64,000 nt of DNA, taken from sequence record MZ574432.2, one strand, 5' to 3'. The number at the start of each line of letters is the position of its first letter. Positions within the stretch are counted from its first letter, which is position 1. Below are positions 17,555-26,497 of the stretch, one piece after another. The notes under the pieces are model-generated. The model saw nothing but the letters and a program-made list of their open reading frames with translations, was not told where the DNA came from and ran no database searches. Position numbers and translations under genes: made by a program.

Positions 17555-17955
17555 ACATCCTCGATCACCTAGACTACAAGGAAGTCACCAAGCTGTTCGA
17601 CGGCGTTCGTGATGGCTCCCTGCCGATGTCGTCGAAGGAAGCCGCCACGGCGGTCGGCCGCCTCGTGCTTGAGGCCGAGCGGCAGGCCAAGCGCTGCGAA
17701 GAGTGGCGCATCCCGCCCAAGGTCTTGAAGGCCTTCGACGAGTTGGGCTGGCCAGTCTCCGACGTCGAGGTTCCCGAGGGCCATCCCTATCTGCGCCGGG
17801 TCGAGATCGATGACGGCGCCGGCAATCCCGTCGTGACCCTGGCGTGCGACCCGATGCAATTCGTCTGGATCGTCGTTCACGTCACCAAGATGTCGACCCA
17901 CCAGACCGGGCACATCATCGAAGCGTTCGAGAAGCTCTCCAGGGGTCAGCAATGA
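17551..17955 (+). CDS. Hypothetical protein
   Basis: TTGA-coupled; C-half resembles previous gene. Confidence 0.65.
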   Translation: MNILDHLDYKEVTKLFDGVRDGSLPMSSKEAATAVGRLVLEAERQAKRCEEWRIPPKVLKAFDELGWPVSDVEVPEGHPYLRRVEIDDGAGNPVVTLACDPMQFVWIVVHVTKMSTHQTGHIIEAFEKLSRGQQ

Positions 17956-18284
17956 ACCAGACCGTCAAGAACATCCTCCAGGCCAGCGCCATGATCGCCG
18001 CGATCCTGGTCCCCTTCGTCGGAGGCGCCTATGCCCTGGGCGCGCAGGCCCAGAAGGCCCCGCGCCTGGAAGCCGGCGGCTTTCGCTGGCGGGGGCAGAC
18101 TTCGCCGCCGGTGCTGACCAAGGTCCTGACCATGCAGCGCTCCAACTGCACGCTCTACCGCGTCGACACCGAGGGCACGCGCCTCTATCTCGTCACCTCC
18201 GAGGACATCGGCGGCGAGGCCTATGGCGACCTGCAATGCCAAATCACCACGGTGGCCAAGCCCGCGCCCGAAGAGGACGACTGA
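17952..18284 (+). CDS. Secreted or membrane-anchored protein
   Basis: Signal-peptide-like N-terminus. Confidence 0.65.
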   Translation: MNQTVKNILQASAMIAAILVPFVGGAYALGAQAQKAPRLEAGGFRWRGQTSPPVLTKVLTMQRSNCTLYRVDTEGTRLYLVTSEDIGGEAYGDLQCQITTVAKPAPEEDD

Positions 18285-18287
18285 TCC

Positions 18288-18656
18288 ATGACCCGCGAAG
18301 AGATCAATGGGCTGCTGGCCCTGTCGGGCATCCAGCCGGTCCTGGGCGCCGGCGGCGAGGGCGTCTGGGAAATCCCCGACGGCTATGTGCGTGATCGCGC
18401 CGTGCCGTGGTGGCTGGTGCGCACCGACTGGGGCATGCTCAAGATCGGCTGGCGCAAGCGCGTCATCAACATCGACTGGGAAGACACCCCGGTCCGTGAG
18501 AAGATCATCGACGAGGTCAACATCACCAGTGAGGAGACCTACGTCCACGCCTGGAGCAAGGCCGACGCGGTGCGCTATCTGACCGAGTGGCGCAAGGCCG
18601 CGCAGACCTATGCCTCGCGCATGGAGGCCTACAGGATCGAGCAAGAGTACGGCTGA
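18288..18656 (+). CDS. Hypothetical phage protein
   Basis: WWLVRTDWGMLKIGWRKRVINIDW; GC3-rich. Confidence 0.75.
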   Translation: MTREEINGLLALSGIQPVLGAGGEGVWEIPDGYVRDRAVPWWLVRTDWGMLKIGWRKRVINIDWEDTPVREKIIDEVNITSEETYVHAWSKADAVRYLTEWRKAAQTYASRMEAYRIEQEYG

Positions 18657-18658
18657 CG

Positions 18659-19618
18659 ATGCGTGTCAGTGTTCAATGCGAGGGCTGTGGTCAAACGTTT
18701 TGCGTGAGGCCCTGCGAAGGTGGGCGTAAATACTGCACACTGGCATGTTACGACGCCCACAAGCCTTATCCGCCAAAGAAATACGAGCAGGCGGAGGTGA
18801 GGGAATTCTTCTACTACTGCGGCTCGCTTAAAAAGACCGGTGAGGCTTTCGGCGTTACAGGCGGCGCGATCGCCTATATTGTGAATAAGCATCCTAAGGT
18901 CATCCCGCTCATTCCCCTTCAGAAGGGTAGGAAGCCGCGAAAGATTACCGGCGACACTGAAAAAGAAATAGCCCGACTTTACACAGAATCCGACATACCT
19001 GTTTCGGAGTTGTGTCGGAAGTTTGATATAGATTATCAGTATCTTAAGAGAATTAGAGAAAGACTGGGTCTTAACAAGAGGTCCGCCGGTTCTGTTGACT
19101 GGGCTTCGTTAGTCTCAGATATCAAGGACGGAGCTACGTGGACATCAGCAGCCGAAAGATACGGCACCAATAGAAGTGCTATTCACAAATATATTAAGGA
19201 ATATAACCCAGATTTACTGCCTGATCTCAGAAGAACCAAAGGACGAGAGGAAGAAATCCTCACGCTGTATAAATCTGGTATGACACTTGAAGAAGTATCA
19301 GATGCACTTGATCTTAGAGCAGGCGGTGTCAGGAAAGTGATCCTGCGCTTAGAGCCTGAGCTACTAAAACGCCCGAAACGCAGCCGCCCTGAAACCTTTG
19401 ACAATGAACTAGCTATTCGGCTATTTGCGGATGGGGATAAATCCTATCGAGCAGTGGCTGAGATAGTAGGCGCCACAGAAAACGCGGTACGCGTCTGCAT
19501 CCGGTCAAAAGCACCACACCTCATACGGCAGAACTGGGCAAAACGCAGAGGGTTCGAGGCTGCTAAGGCTGCGATCCGTTCAGTCCGGTTAGTCAACGAT
19601 TTCAAAGGTTCCTCCTGA
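18659..19618 (+). CDS. Zn-finger plus tandem HTH DNA-binding protein, low-GC island
   Basis: CEGC..F...RKYCTLAC; about five HTH-like repeats; AT-rich codons unlike flanks. Confidence 0.7.
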   Translation: MRVSVQCEGCGQTFCVRPCEGGRKYCTLACYDAHKPYPPKKYEQAEVREFFYYCGSLKKTGEAFGVTGGAIAYIVNKHPKVIPLIPLQKGRKPRKITGDTEKEIARLYTESDIPVSELCRKFDIDYQYLKRIRERLGLNKRSAGSVDWASLVSDIKDGATWTSAAERYGTNRSAIHKYIKEYNPDLLPDLRRTKGREEEILTLYKSGMTLEEVSDALDLRAGGVRKVILRLEPELLKRPKRSRPETFDNELAIRLFADGDKSYRAVAEIVGATENAVRVCIRSKAPHLIRQNWAKRRGFEAAKAAIRSVRLVNDFKGSS

Positions 19619-20271
19619 TGCTTCCGAATAATCTAGGCATCCTCTCCCTATCCGAACTGGTCGCCAGATTCACCGACGCGCGTGCGGACCTCGAAGCTAA
19701 CATGAAGGAGGCCTGCATCCTCCTCATGGAACTGCGCCGTCGCGGCCAGTCCAAGCCGGCTTGGCGCAAGGGCGTCTTCCAGTGGGCAGAGCAGGTCGCC
19801 AATGGATCGCTGCATCCGCGCGCCGCTCTGATCATGGGCGAGAGCACGCAGATGATCCGGGGCATCCTGGGGCTGCCTCCCGAGGAGCAGCTTCGTATCG
19901 CCGAAGGGGGCGTCGTGACCGTGGCGATCCTGCGCACCGACGGCGTCGTCGTCGCCGAGGATCAGTCGATCCCGCAGATGTCGCAGGTCACCTTCGATCT
20001 GGTCTTCGATCAAGGCGTCGTGCGGACCTTCGACGCCCAGAAGAAAATCCTCTTGGACCGCGCCTCAAAGCGCCGCGCACATCGCTCGCCCAACCCGGTC
20101 GAAATCCGGGTCGACCGCCAGTCCGAGGAGGTGATCGTCGGACAGGTGCGTCTGTCGGTCCAGGAACTGGCCACCGCCCTCAATCAGCTTGGCTTCAAGG
20201 TCGAGCGCCGCGAGAAGCCGCGCGTCCGGGTCCAGGCAGGCACGCAGGAAGCGCTCGCGACTGTGCAATAA
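19618..20271 (+). CDS. Hypothetical protein
   Basis: TGATG-coupled. Confidence 0.7.
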   Translation: MLPNNLGILSLSELVARFTDARADLEANMKEACILLMELRRRGQSKPAWRKGVFQWAEQVANGSLHPRAALIMGESTQMIRGILGLPPEEQLRIAEGGVVTVAILRTDGVVVAEDQSIPQMSQVTFDLVFDQGVVRTFDAQKKILLDRASKRRAHRSPNPVEIRVDRQSEEVIVGQVRLSVQELATALNQLGFKVERREKPRVRVQAGTQEALATVQ

Positions 20272-20305
20272 AGCGGTTGACAGGCTCCGCTGCCCCGACT
20301 TAGAT
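20265..20305 (+). promoter_or_regulatory. Phage promoter
   Basis: GCAATAAAGCGGTTGACA variant. Confidence 0.7.
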
Positions 20306-20338
20306 GGAGCCAACATCCATTCGAGCGGAGATCATGGC

Positions 20339-20734
20339 TTGTCACTGAACCCCTACTACCCGTTCGTCGTCATCGGCAACGACGTGGCCGCCTACGGCGA
20401 CGCGGTCCTGAACCCGTCGGAGACGATCCTGATCATCCAACTGAAGGGCTCCTTGGAGGAGCTTGAGGATGAACTGGAGGAGGTCGGCAAGCGCTACCGC
20501 GCCGAGATGGAGAGCAAGATCGCCGACCTGAAGGCCGACATCGCCGACCTCCAGCAGCAGCGCGTCAAAGCCTTCCTAGCCGACCCCGACGGCGTCGTTC
20601 GGCCTCTGCGCGAGTTCCTGGCCGACCGCAAGCAGGTGCTGGCCGAGACCGTCGATCCCAACGCCCGTGAGCACCTCACGATCGTGATCACCGAGATCGA
20701 GGCCGCCTTCGCCGAGTTGGGCGTGGCGGCATGA
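20339..20734 (+). CDS. Coiled-coil hypothetical protein
   Basis: TTG start 8 nt after GGAG; heptad-rich. Confidence 0.65.
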   Translation: MSLNPYYPFVVIGNDVAAYGDAVLNPSETILIIQLKGSLEELEDELEEVGKRYRAEMESKIADLKADIADLQQQRVKAFLADPDGVVRPLREFLADRKQVLAETVDPNAREHLTIVITEIEAAFAELGVAA

Positions 20735-21117
20735 TCGACCCGCGCGAAGTCAAGGCTCTCTACTTTGACGTCGTCGCGACCGATGGCGATTTCATCGAGG
20801 GTATCACGGGCGCCTTCTGCCTGAACCTGGAGGCCCTGGCGCGGCATCGCGAAGCGGTGCGCGACTGGGTCGATCAGATCGCCGACGAGTTCCAGCGCGG
20901 CAAGGGCGAGGGCATGTCGTTCCTGCGCCTGTGCATCGACGCCGACGGCGTCCAGTGGACCGGCGAACAGCAGGTCTGCGAACTGCTCTACGTGCTGGCC
21001 GCCGGTCTCAACATGGCGCGCTTCTGCATGCCGCGAGACATCTGGCCGCACATGCCCGGCGGCGTGCCCTACGTCGTCTTCGACCGCGAGGGCAGCCTGA
21101 CGCCGATCGCGACCTGA
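20731..21117 (+). CDS. Hypothetical phage protein
   Basis: GMSFLRLCIDADGVQWTG...MPGGVPYVVF; coupled. Confidence 0.75.
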   Translation: MIDPREVKALYFDVVATDGDFIEGITGAFCLNLEALARHREAVRDWVDQIADEFQRGKGEGMSFLRLCIDADGVQWTGEQQVCELLYVLAAGLNMARFCMPRDIWPHMPGGVPYVVFDREGSLTPIAT

Positions 21118-21165
21118 GTTACGCATAGGCGTAAGTTCGGACCGAAAATACGCCTATCCGTAAAC

Positions 21166-21207
21166 GCAAGAAAGCTGTTGACATCCTCCAGGCTGTGCGG
21201 CTAGATC
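21166..21207 (+). promoter_or_regulatory. Phage promoter
   Basis: GCAAGAAAGCTGTTGACA-N16-GCTAGATC. Confidence 0.85.
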
Positions 21208-21232
21208 GGCTCAACGTTCACTGGAGGCGGCC

Positions 21233-21490
21233 TTGAAGTTCCTGCGCAAGCTCTTTGGTCTCTGCGACCACGTCTGGGAGAAGATGCAAGACCCCAAGGT
21301 CGAGCGCCGGTTGGTGCGCGGTGACTACGAGGATCGCTTCGATACCGCCGACAAGGAAGACATGGTCCACGTGCGGACCTACCACTTCCAGGCCTGTCTG
21401 CGCTGTGGCGTGATCGCCACCTACCACATCGAACACGAGAGGTTCCCGGCCGCCACCTACAAAGGCGACCTGTCCTCGATCAGCCTGTAG
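21233..21490 (+). CDS. Small Zn-binding hypothetical protein
   Basis: GGAGG RBS, TTG start; CDH...CLRC. Confidence 0.65.
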   Translation: MKFLRKLFGLCDHVWEKMQDPKVERRLVRGDYEDRFDTADKEDMVHVRTYHFQACLRCGVIATYHIEHERFPAATYKGDLSSISL

Positions 21491-21498
21491 GAGAGCCC

Positions 21499-22173
21499 GT
21501 GCGCTTTGTTGCCCCTGCCCTGGCCCGCAAGGTCCTGGAGGAGTCCCGCTTCTTCACCGAGGACGCGCCCTTCACCGGCCGGCTCTATGACGGCGACCCG
21601 CGCCTGACGCTGATCGTCGGCGAGAACGCGGCGGGCAAGAGCCTGTTCTTCCGGGTGATGAACGCGCACGCCAAGCTCGATCACGGCATCACCGGCATCA
21701 CCATCTCGATCCGCGAGCGCACCGACAGCAGCGTGCCGTTCCGCCGCATGTTCATGTTCGGCGACGAGGCCGAACAGTCGACCGGCGCCACGTCCTTCAA
21801 GACCATCCTGTCGGGCTTCAACACCGCCAATGGCGACCAGCAGGGCAAGACCATGCTGATGATCGACGAGCCCGAGATGGGCCTGTCCGATGGCTACGCC
21901 CGCGCCCTGGGCGAGTACCTGGGGCAGCAGGCCCACAAGCTCGAAGACAACTGCCACGGCCTTGTGGTGGTGACCCACAACCGTCCCCTGGCCGCCGGCT
22001 TGCAGGTGGGCCTGGGCGCGGCGCCGACCTTCGTCTGCCTGGGCTCCGATCCCGTCGATCTGGCCTCCTGGCAGAAGCGTGAGGAGGTTCGCACGGTTGA
22101 CGACCTCTTTGCGTTGAAAGACCTTGCCCTGGAGCGCTGGCGCAAGACCAACACCCTGATGAAGGAGAAGTGA
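21499..22173 (+). CDS. ABC-type / AAA ATPase
   Basis: Walker A GENAAGKS, Walker B MIDEPE, H-loop VVVTH. Confidence 0.8.
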   Translation: MRFVAPALARKVLEESRFFTEDAPFTGRLYDGDPRLTLIVGENAAGKSLFFRVMNAHAKLDHGITGITISIRERTDSSVPFRRMFMFGDEAEQSTGATSFKTILSGFNTANGDQQGKTMLMIDEPEMGLSDGYARALGEYLGQQAHKLEDNCHGLVVVTHNRPLAAGLQVGLGAAPTFVCLGSDPVDLASWQKREEVRTVDDLFALKDLALERWRKTNTLMKEK

Positions 22174-22445
22174 TGGACGACTTCATGTCCCGTCGCCTGG
22201 ACCAGATGGAGCCGATCGGCGCGCGCATGGGCGTGCGACTGGGTCTGCACTTCATGGTCTACGTCTCGCTCGTCACCCTGGCCGGCCAGACCTATACCCG
22301 CATCGAACGCGAGGACGACAGCGATCGCCTGCACCTGCTGGGCGAGATCGGCAATGTCGATGCGGCCACCGCCTGGGCCAAGCAGAAAGCCGGTCCCGAG
22401 GACCAGAAGCTGATGTGGGAAGCCTACCTGATGGAACTCGTCTGA
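22170..22445 (+). CDS. Hypothetical protein
   Basis: Coupled ORF. Confidence 0.65.
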   Translation: MMDDFMSRRLDQMEPIGARMGVRLGLHFMVYVSLVTLAGQTYTRIEREDDSDRLHLLGEIGNVDAATAWAKQKAGPEDQKLMWEAYLMELV

Positions 22446-22702
22446 TGTCCAGCGCCTACCAGACGGAACTGGAAGACATCCACCGCGCCGAGATCGAAGG
22501 CAGCCTCAAGGTCCGCCTGACGCCGCATATGCTGATCTCCAAGGAGCTTCGCCGTGAGATCGCCAAGGTCGCCAACGCCGTCGACTATGCCGACTGCTGG
22601 CCCGGCGCGCCGCTGAACGTCGACGAGATCATCCACGCCTACGCCATCGTCGAAGCCGTGCGCGCCAACGGTTTCATGGCCCCGCCGGAGCTTGACGTCT
22701 GA
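22445..22702 (+). CDS. Hypothetical protein (IxAWxLVE family)
   Basis: TGATG-coupled; LNVDEIIHAYAIVEAVR. Confidence 0.65.
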   Translation: MSSAYQTELEDIHRAEIEGSLKVRLTPHMLISKELRREIAKVANAVDYADCWPGAPLNVDEIIHAYAIVEAVRANGFMAPPELDV

Positions 22703-22721
22703 TGGGAATTCTCCTGGCGGC

Positions 22722-22751
22722 TTGACGCCCTTCATGGCGCCGTGCTACGCC
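22722..22751 (+). promoter_or_regulatory. Promoter, probably leaderless
   Basis: TTGACG-N16-GCTACGCC, ATG 7 nt downstream. Confidence 0.65.
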
Positions 22752-22758
22752 TGACGAC

Positions 22759-23274
22759 ATGAAGGAGCTTCACCATCAGGACCTGTGGGTCGTCCAGGCG
22801 CCGGGCAAAGCGCGTCTCGTCCACGGGACCGAGCAGGACGCCGAGGCGCGCACGAGCGACGTGGCAAGCTGGACCAATGGTCCGGCGGAATACTGGCCGC
22901 TGACCGACGCCTATCGCATCCTCCACCAGGACGACATCTCGGCGCTGGAGCGCCGGCGCATGGTCAACCTGATCACCATCCTGGGGCAGGTGGCCAAGGG
23001 CTCGACCCTGCTCGTCACCGGCAAGGCCGGCGATGCTCGCCCCGAACTGGTCTCCAAGGATGACGTCGACGCCTCCAGCGCCATGATCCTGGCCGGCGCG
23101 GCGATCCATCGCCTGAAGAAGGCCGCCGAGGCTGGCGAGCCGGTGATGCTGGGCCTGGGCGATGTCGAGAAGATCATCGAAGGCTGGGCCGTGGCGATCG
23201 CCCGCTCCAGCCGCCTGGGCTATCTGGAACAAATGCTGAGCGGCGCGGTGCCGTGGGAGGGCGTTGAGCCATGA
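22759..23274 (+). CDS. Hypothetical protein
   Basis: GC3-rich ORF after promoter. Confidence 0.7.
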   Translation: MKELHHQDLWVVQAPGKARLVHGTEQDAEARTSDVASWTNGPAEYWPLTDAYRILHQDDISALERRRMVNLITILGQVAKGSTLLVTGKAGDARPELVSKDDVDASSAMILAGAAIHRLKKAAEAGEPVMLGLGDVEKIIEGWAVAIARSSRLGYLEQMLSGAVPWEGVEP

Positions 23275-23531
23275 GCGAAGAGTACGACACCGACGATCAC
23301 CGCAAGGACATGTTGGACTTCATCGCCCCGGTCGAGGCCGAGTTCGATGACGACTTCGACAATCCCACGTTCAAGCGCTCGCTCAACGAGGCCGGCTACA
23401 CCATGAGCGAACTGAACCTCTGGCACGACCTGGAAGGCGGCCTGACGTCGGAGGCCATCATCCAGGCCTGGGCGCTGATCGAGACCCTGCGGCGCAACGG
23501 CGGCAAGTTCCCGCCCAAACTGAGGATGTGA
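23271..23531 (+). CDS. Hypothetical protein (IxAWxLVE family)
   Basis: LTSEAIIQAWALIETLR. Confidence 0.7.
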   Translation: MSEEYDTDDHRKDMLDFIAPVEAEFDDDFDNPTFKRSLNEAGYTMSELNLWHDLEGGLTSEAIIQAWALIETLRRNGGKFPPKLRM

Positions 23532-23920
23532 GCATGGACCAGCAAGACATCGCCACCTCCAACCATCCCTGGTTCCTGGCCGCGCTCGTCAAGTACGCCA
23601 AGCTCGGTCCACAGGCGTGGATCGTCTGCGAGCGCACCAACGACCAAGACCATCTGCCGGGTCTGCTGAAGGGAACTTGGACGGTCGACGGTCACGTCAA
23701 CTACGCCTCGTTCGACGAGAGCCACGTCTATGGCCACTTCGCCACCGAGGCCGAGGCGCACAAGGCCCTGGAATACGCCCACGTCAACTGGAGCACCAAC
23801 ATCACCGCCGTGCTGCAAGCCGAGGCCGTCTTGAAGCAGGCCGTCAAGAACTGCCAGCAAGGCGCCGTCGACATGGCCCGCGCGCTCGCCCAGGTGCTGG
23901 ATGAGGGTCGCGCCTCGTGA
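23528..23920 (+). CDS. Hypothetical protein
   Basis: Coupled ORF. Confidence 0.7.
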   Translation: MSMDQQDIATSNHPWFLAALVKYAKLGPQAWIVCERTNDQDHLPGLLKGTWTVDGHVNYASFDESHVYGHFATEAEAHKALEYAHVNWSTNITAVLQAEAVLKQAVKNCQQGAVDMARALAQVLDEGRAS

Positions 23921-24348
23921 TCCAGGCTTGGCCGCAGGGCTATAGCTTCGAGCGCGACGAACTCCTGGCCCTGGTCAAGACCCTGGACCAGTACGATGCG
24001 GCCACGCGCTCCAACTTCCTGGGTCTCGTCGCCGAGGAGGCCAGGGGCGGGCGCGTCGCGCTCCTCTCCAAGGTCTGGCCGCCGCAGCACAGGCAGTTCT
24101 GGCTGAGCATGACCGGCGTTCAAGAGCGCCTGTTCATCCGCTGCTTCGAGCACATTCGCTATGGCGAGGCGCCGCTGAAGATCACCGACGAAGGCGTCAA
24201 GCTGCTACACCTCTTCGCCGAATTCTATCCCGACGAGATCGCCGATCACATCGGCCCTCACGCCGCCAAATGGACCCACCTGCGGCCTCCGCCCAAGGAG
24301 AAGCCCGCCAAGAAGCCCAAGAAAGACGCCTCATGTTCGGCTGGTTGA
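23917..24348 (+). CDS. Hypothetical protein
   Basis: GTGA-coupled. Confidence 0.7.
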   Translation: MIQAWPQGYSFERDELLALVKTLDQYDAATRSNFLGLVAEEARGGRVALLSKVWPPQHRQFWLSMTGVQERLFIRCFEHIRYGEAPLKITDEGVKLLHLFAEFYPDEIADHIGPHAAKWTHLRPPPKEKPAKKPKKDASCSAG

Positions 24349-24773
24349 AGACCCTGTTTGGCAAGGCCGACAAGGTGATGAGCACCGAGATCGTCAACCT
24401 CGCTGAACTGGCCGCCGCCAAGCGCTTTGGCGAGCACCGCATCATGCAGACCGACAAGGACGTCTTCCAGGTCCAGATTTGCGACCGAGAAGGCGATTGG
24501 CGGCCCGTGGGCTGGCGCGTTTCGCGTACCTATTACGAGTACGAGTATCGCGGCGATTTCTACAAGAAGACTCAGGAAGAAGCGATCGCCTTTGGCAAGG
24601 CGGTCGAGGAAAAGGTCAGAGGTGATGTCTTGCAGGAAGTTCTACGCCTGCGCGAGCATAACAATATACTCTACCCGACTGAGTATGGCGTCCAGCCTAT
24701 CCATGCCAGGGTCTCCGATGATGGTCTGCTGATCCAGGCCGTGCGCGAGATTAATCAGAAGCTGCGCCGCTGA
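24333..24773 (+). CDS. Hypothetical protein
   Basis: MFGWLKTLF start. Confidence 0.65.
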   Translation: MFGWLKTLFGKADKVMSTEIVNLAELAAAKRFGEHRIMQTDKDVFQVQICDREGDWRPVGWRVSRTYYEYEYRGDFYKKTQEEAIAFGKAVEEKVRGDVLQEVLRLREHNNILYPTEYGVQPIHARVSDDGLLIQAVREINQKLRR

Positions 24774-25087
24774 TGCGCCGGCGCGCTCACGAAGTCCTGG
24801 CCATGCTGATCGCCGCACCACCGGACGAGAACGACATCCTCTGTGATCGCGGCACGTGCTACGCCGGCAACGTGCGGATCGCGCGCGCCACGGTCGATGA
24901 GCTTCTCTGCCATCTAGCGATCACCCGCGACGGCGAGGAGATCGGCGACCGGTACGTGGTCAACAGCACCGGGCGCGCCATCCACCGCCGGCCGGCCCTG
25001 GCGCCTGAGATCATGAAGGTGATGGGTCAGCAACTGCCGTTCCGCATCGACGCGGACGACCAGATCAAAATCCTGGAGGACCTGTGA
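24773..25087 (+). CDS. Hypothetical protein
   Basis: TGATG-coupled. Confidence 0.65.
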   Translation: MRRRAHEVLAMLIAAPPDENDILCDRGTCYAGNVRIARATVDELLCHLAITRDGEEIGDRYVVNSTGRAIHRRPALAPEIMKVMGQQLPFRIDADDQIKILEDL

Positions 25088-25536
25088 CCCTCGACGACGC
25101 TGTCCAGCGCCTGCCGACCTTGATGCTCCTGGCCTCCGGGGGCGGGCGCTGGACGCGCCTGCGTGACACCTCGATCGACGTGCCGCTGCTCAACGCCTTG
25201 CTGGCCAACGACATCGTCATCCTGGAGCACTACAAGAAGCCGCAGATCGTCCGGGGCAAGCAGCGCTTCTTCTACATGCTGGGGCTCACCCAGGCTGGAG
25301 ACCGGCTGGCCGCCGCGATCAGCGACGCTTTTCGCCATGGCAATCTGGCCTGGGCGGCGGAAGGGCATGATGGTGTGGGGCGTCACGCCATGCGCCAGGA
25401 ATGGGGTCTGCCGTCGACGAGCTATGTCAGCGGCCTCTATCATCGCCGCAAGGTGCTCACGCCCAGCCCTTGCAAACGACGAGACGAAATGAAGGCCGCC
25501 GCCCTGAAAGGTCTGGCCGCCTGGAGAGCTTCCTGA
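25084..25536 (+). CDS. Hypothetical protein
   Basis: GTGA-coupled. Confidence 0.65.
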   Translation: MTLDDAVQRLPTLMLLASGGGRWTRLRDTSIDVPLLNALLANDIVILEHYKKPQIVRGKQRFFYMLGLTQAGDRLAAAISDAFRHGNLAWAAEGHDGVGRHAMRQEWGLPSTSYVSGLYHRRKVLTPSPCKRRDEMKAAALKGLAAWRAS

Positions 25537-26189
25537 TGCGCACCGGCGTCTTCGATCGCACCTACAACAAGGACAAGAGCTACTGGGTGGTGCGCGGGTT
25601 CTCCGAGCGCTCGCAGACCTACGTCTATCCTCATCACGGCTGGTCGTGGACCAGTTGGGTGGAGGACATCCGCGAGACCTACGAGACGCTGGACCGGGCC
25701 AAGGGCGCGATCGCCAGCGGCTACATCAAGGACATGATCAAGACCCAGAAGGTGGTCGACATCGTGTTCATCCATGTCGAGCGCACGCGCAAGATCATCG
25801 AGCACGAGGTGATCACCGCTTATGGCGCGGATGGGAAGCCCTCGACCCTGGCCGAGCCCGAGATCGTCACCGAGAACTGGGACCTCCAGATTGACAACTA
25901 TCTGGGCGTGAGCCTTGCGGATGATACCCGCAACCCGCCCGCCCTCTATTGTCGGGCCACGTCGATCCGCGATGGCAAGGCCTATCTTCGGGTCATCAAC
26001 GGCGCTTGGACTCTTGTCGTGCGCCTGGGCGCCAACGGCGTCCTGACCGTCGATGAAGAGACGCAAGGCGGCGAGGTGGGCACCCCCGTCATTGTTCACT
26101 TTGTCGGCGTTCCCGATCCCCATGTCAGCGCCAGCGACTACGATCACCAGATCGAATTCTACCGCGAAAAACAGGGCATCTCGGCATGA
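25536..26189 (+). CDS. Hypothetical two-domain protein
   Basis: TGATG start within track ORF. Confidence 0.7.
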   Translation: MRTGVFDRTYNKDKSYWVVRGFSERSQTYVYPHHGWSWTSWVEDIRETYETLDRAKGAIASGYIKDMIKTQKVVDIVFIHVERTRKIIEHEVITAYGADGKPSTLAEPEIVTENWDLQIDNYLGVSLADDTRNPPALYCRATSIRDGKAYLRVINGAWTLVVRLGANGVLTVDEETQGGEVGTPVIVHFVGVPDPHVSASDYDHQIEFYREKQGISA

Positions 26190-26497
26190 GCATCGAAGAC
26201 CTCGAAGAAGACCTCGCCAAGCGCTTCGACGAAGGCGGCTATGCGGTGCGCAAGTACGCTCGCGAGCAGTTTGGGCGCATGACCCTGGACATGCCAGCCC
26301 TGCCTGATCTTCCCGACACCGACGAGGTTGATACCGCCATTGCCTTCGCCAACCACTTTGGCTGGTTCGAGACCAAGCTGGACGTCGACGCCGTGATCGC
26401 CGCCTGGAGCTTGGTTGAGACCTTCCGCCAAGCTCCGGCCGGCGCAATGGACGCCCTGCTGGCCCGCATCAACGATCACATGGAGAGTCTGAAATGA
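26186..26497 (+). CDS. Hypothetical protein (IxAWxLVE family)
   Basis: LDVDAVIAAWSLVETFR. Confidence 0.7.
   Translation: MSIEDLEEDLAKRFDEGGYAVRKYAREQFGRMTLDMPALPDLPDTDEVDTAIAFANHFGWFETKLDVDAVIAAWSLVETFRQAPAGAMDALLARINDHMESLK

Noticed and set aside
18659-19618. HNH homing endonuclease
   Set aside because: It has the associated Zn finger and HTH repeats but no HNH, GIY-YIG or LAGLIDADG catalytic motif.
20334-20348. Micro-ORF ATG GCT TGT CAC TGA as a regulatory uORF
   Set aside because: SD spacing is only 3 nt; the TTG at 20339 with 8-nt spacing explains the gene start.
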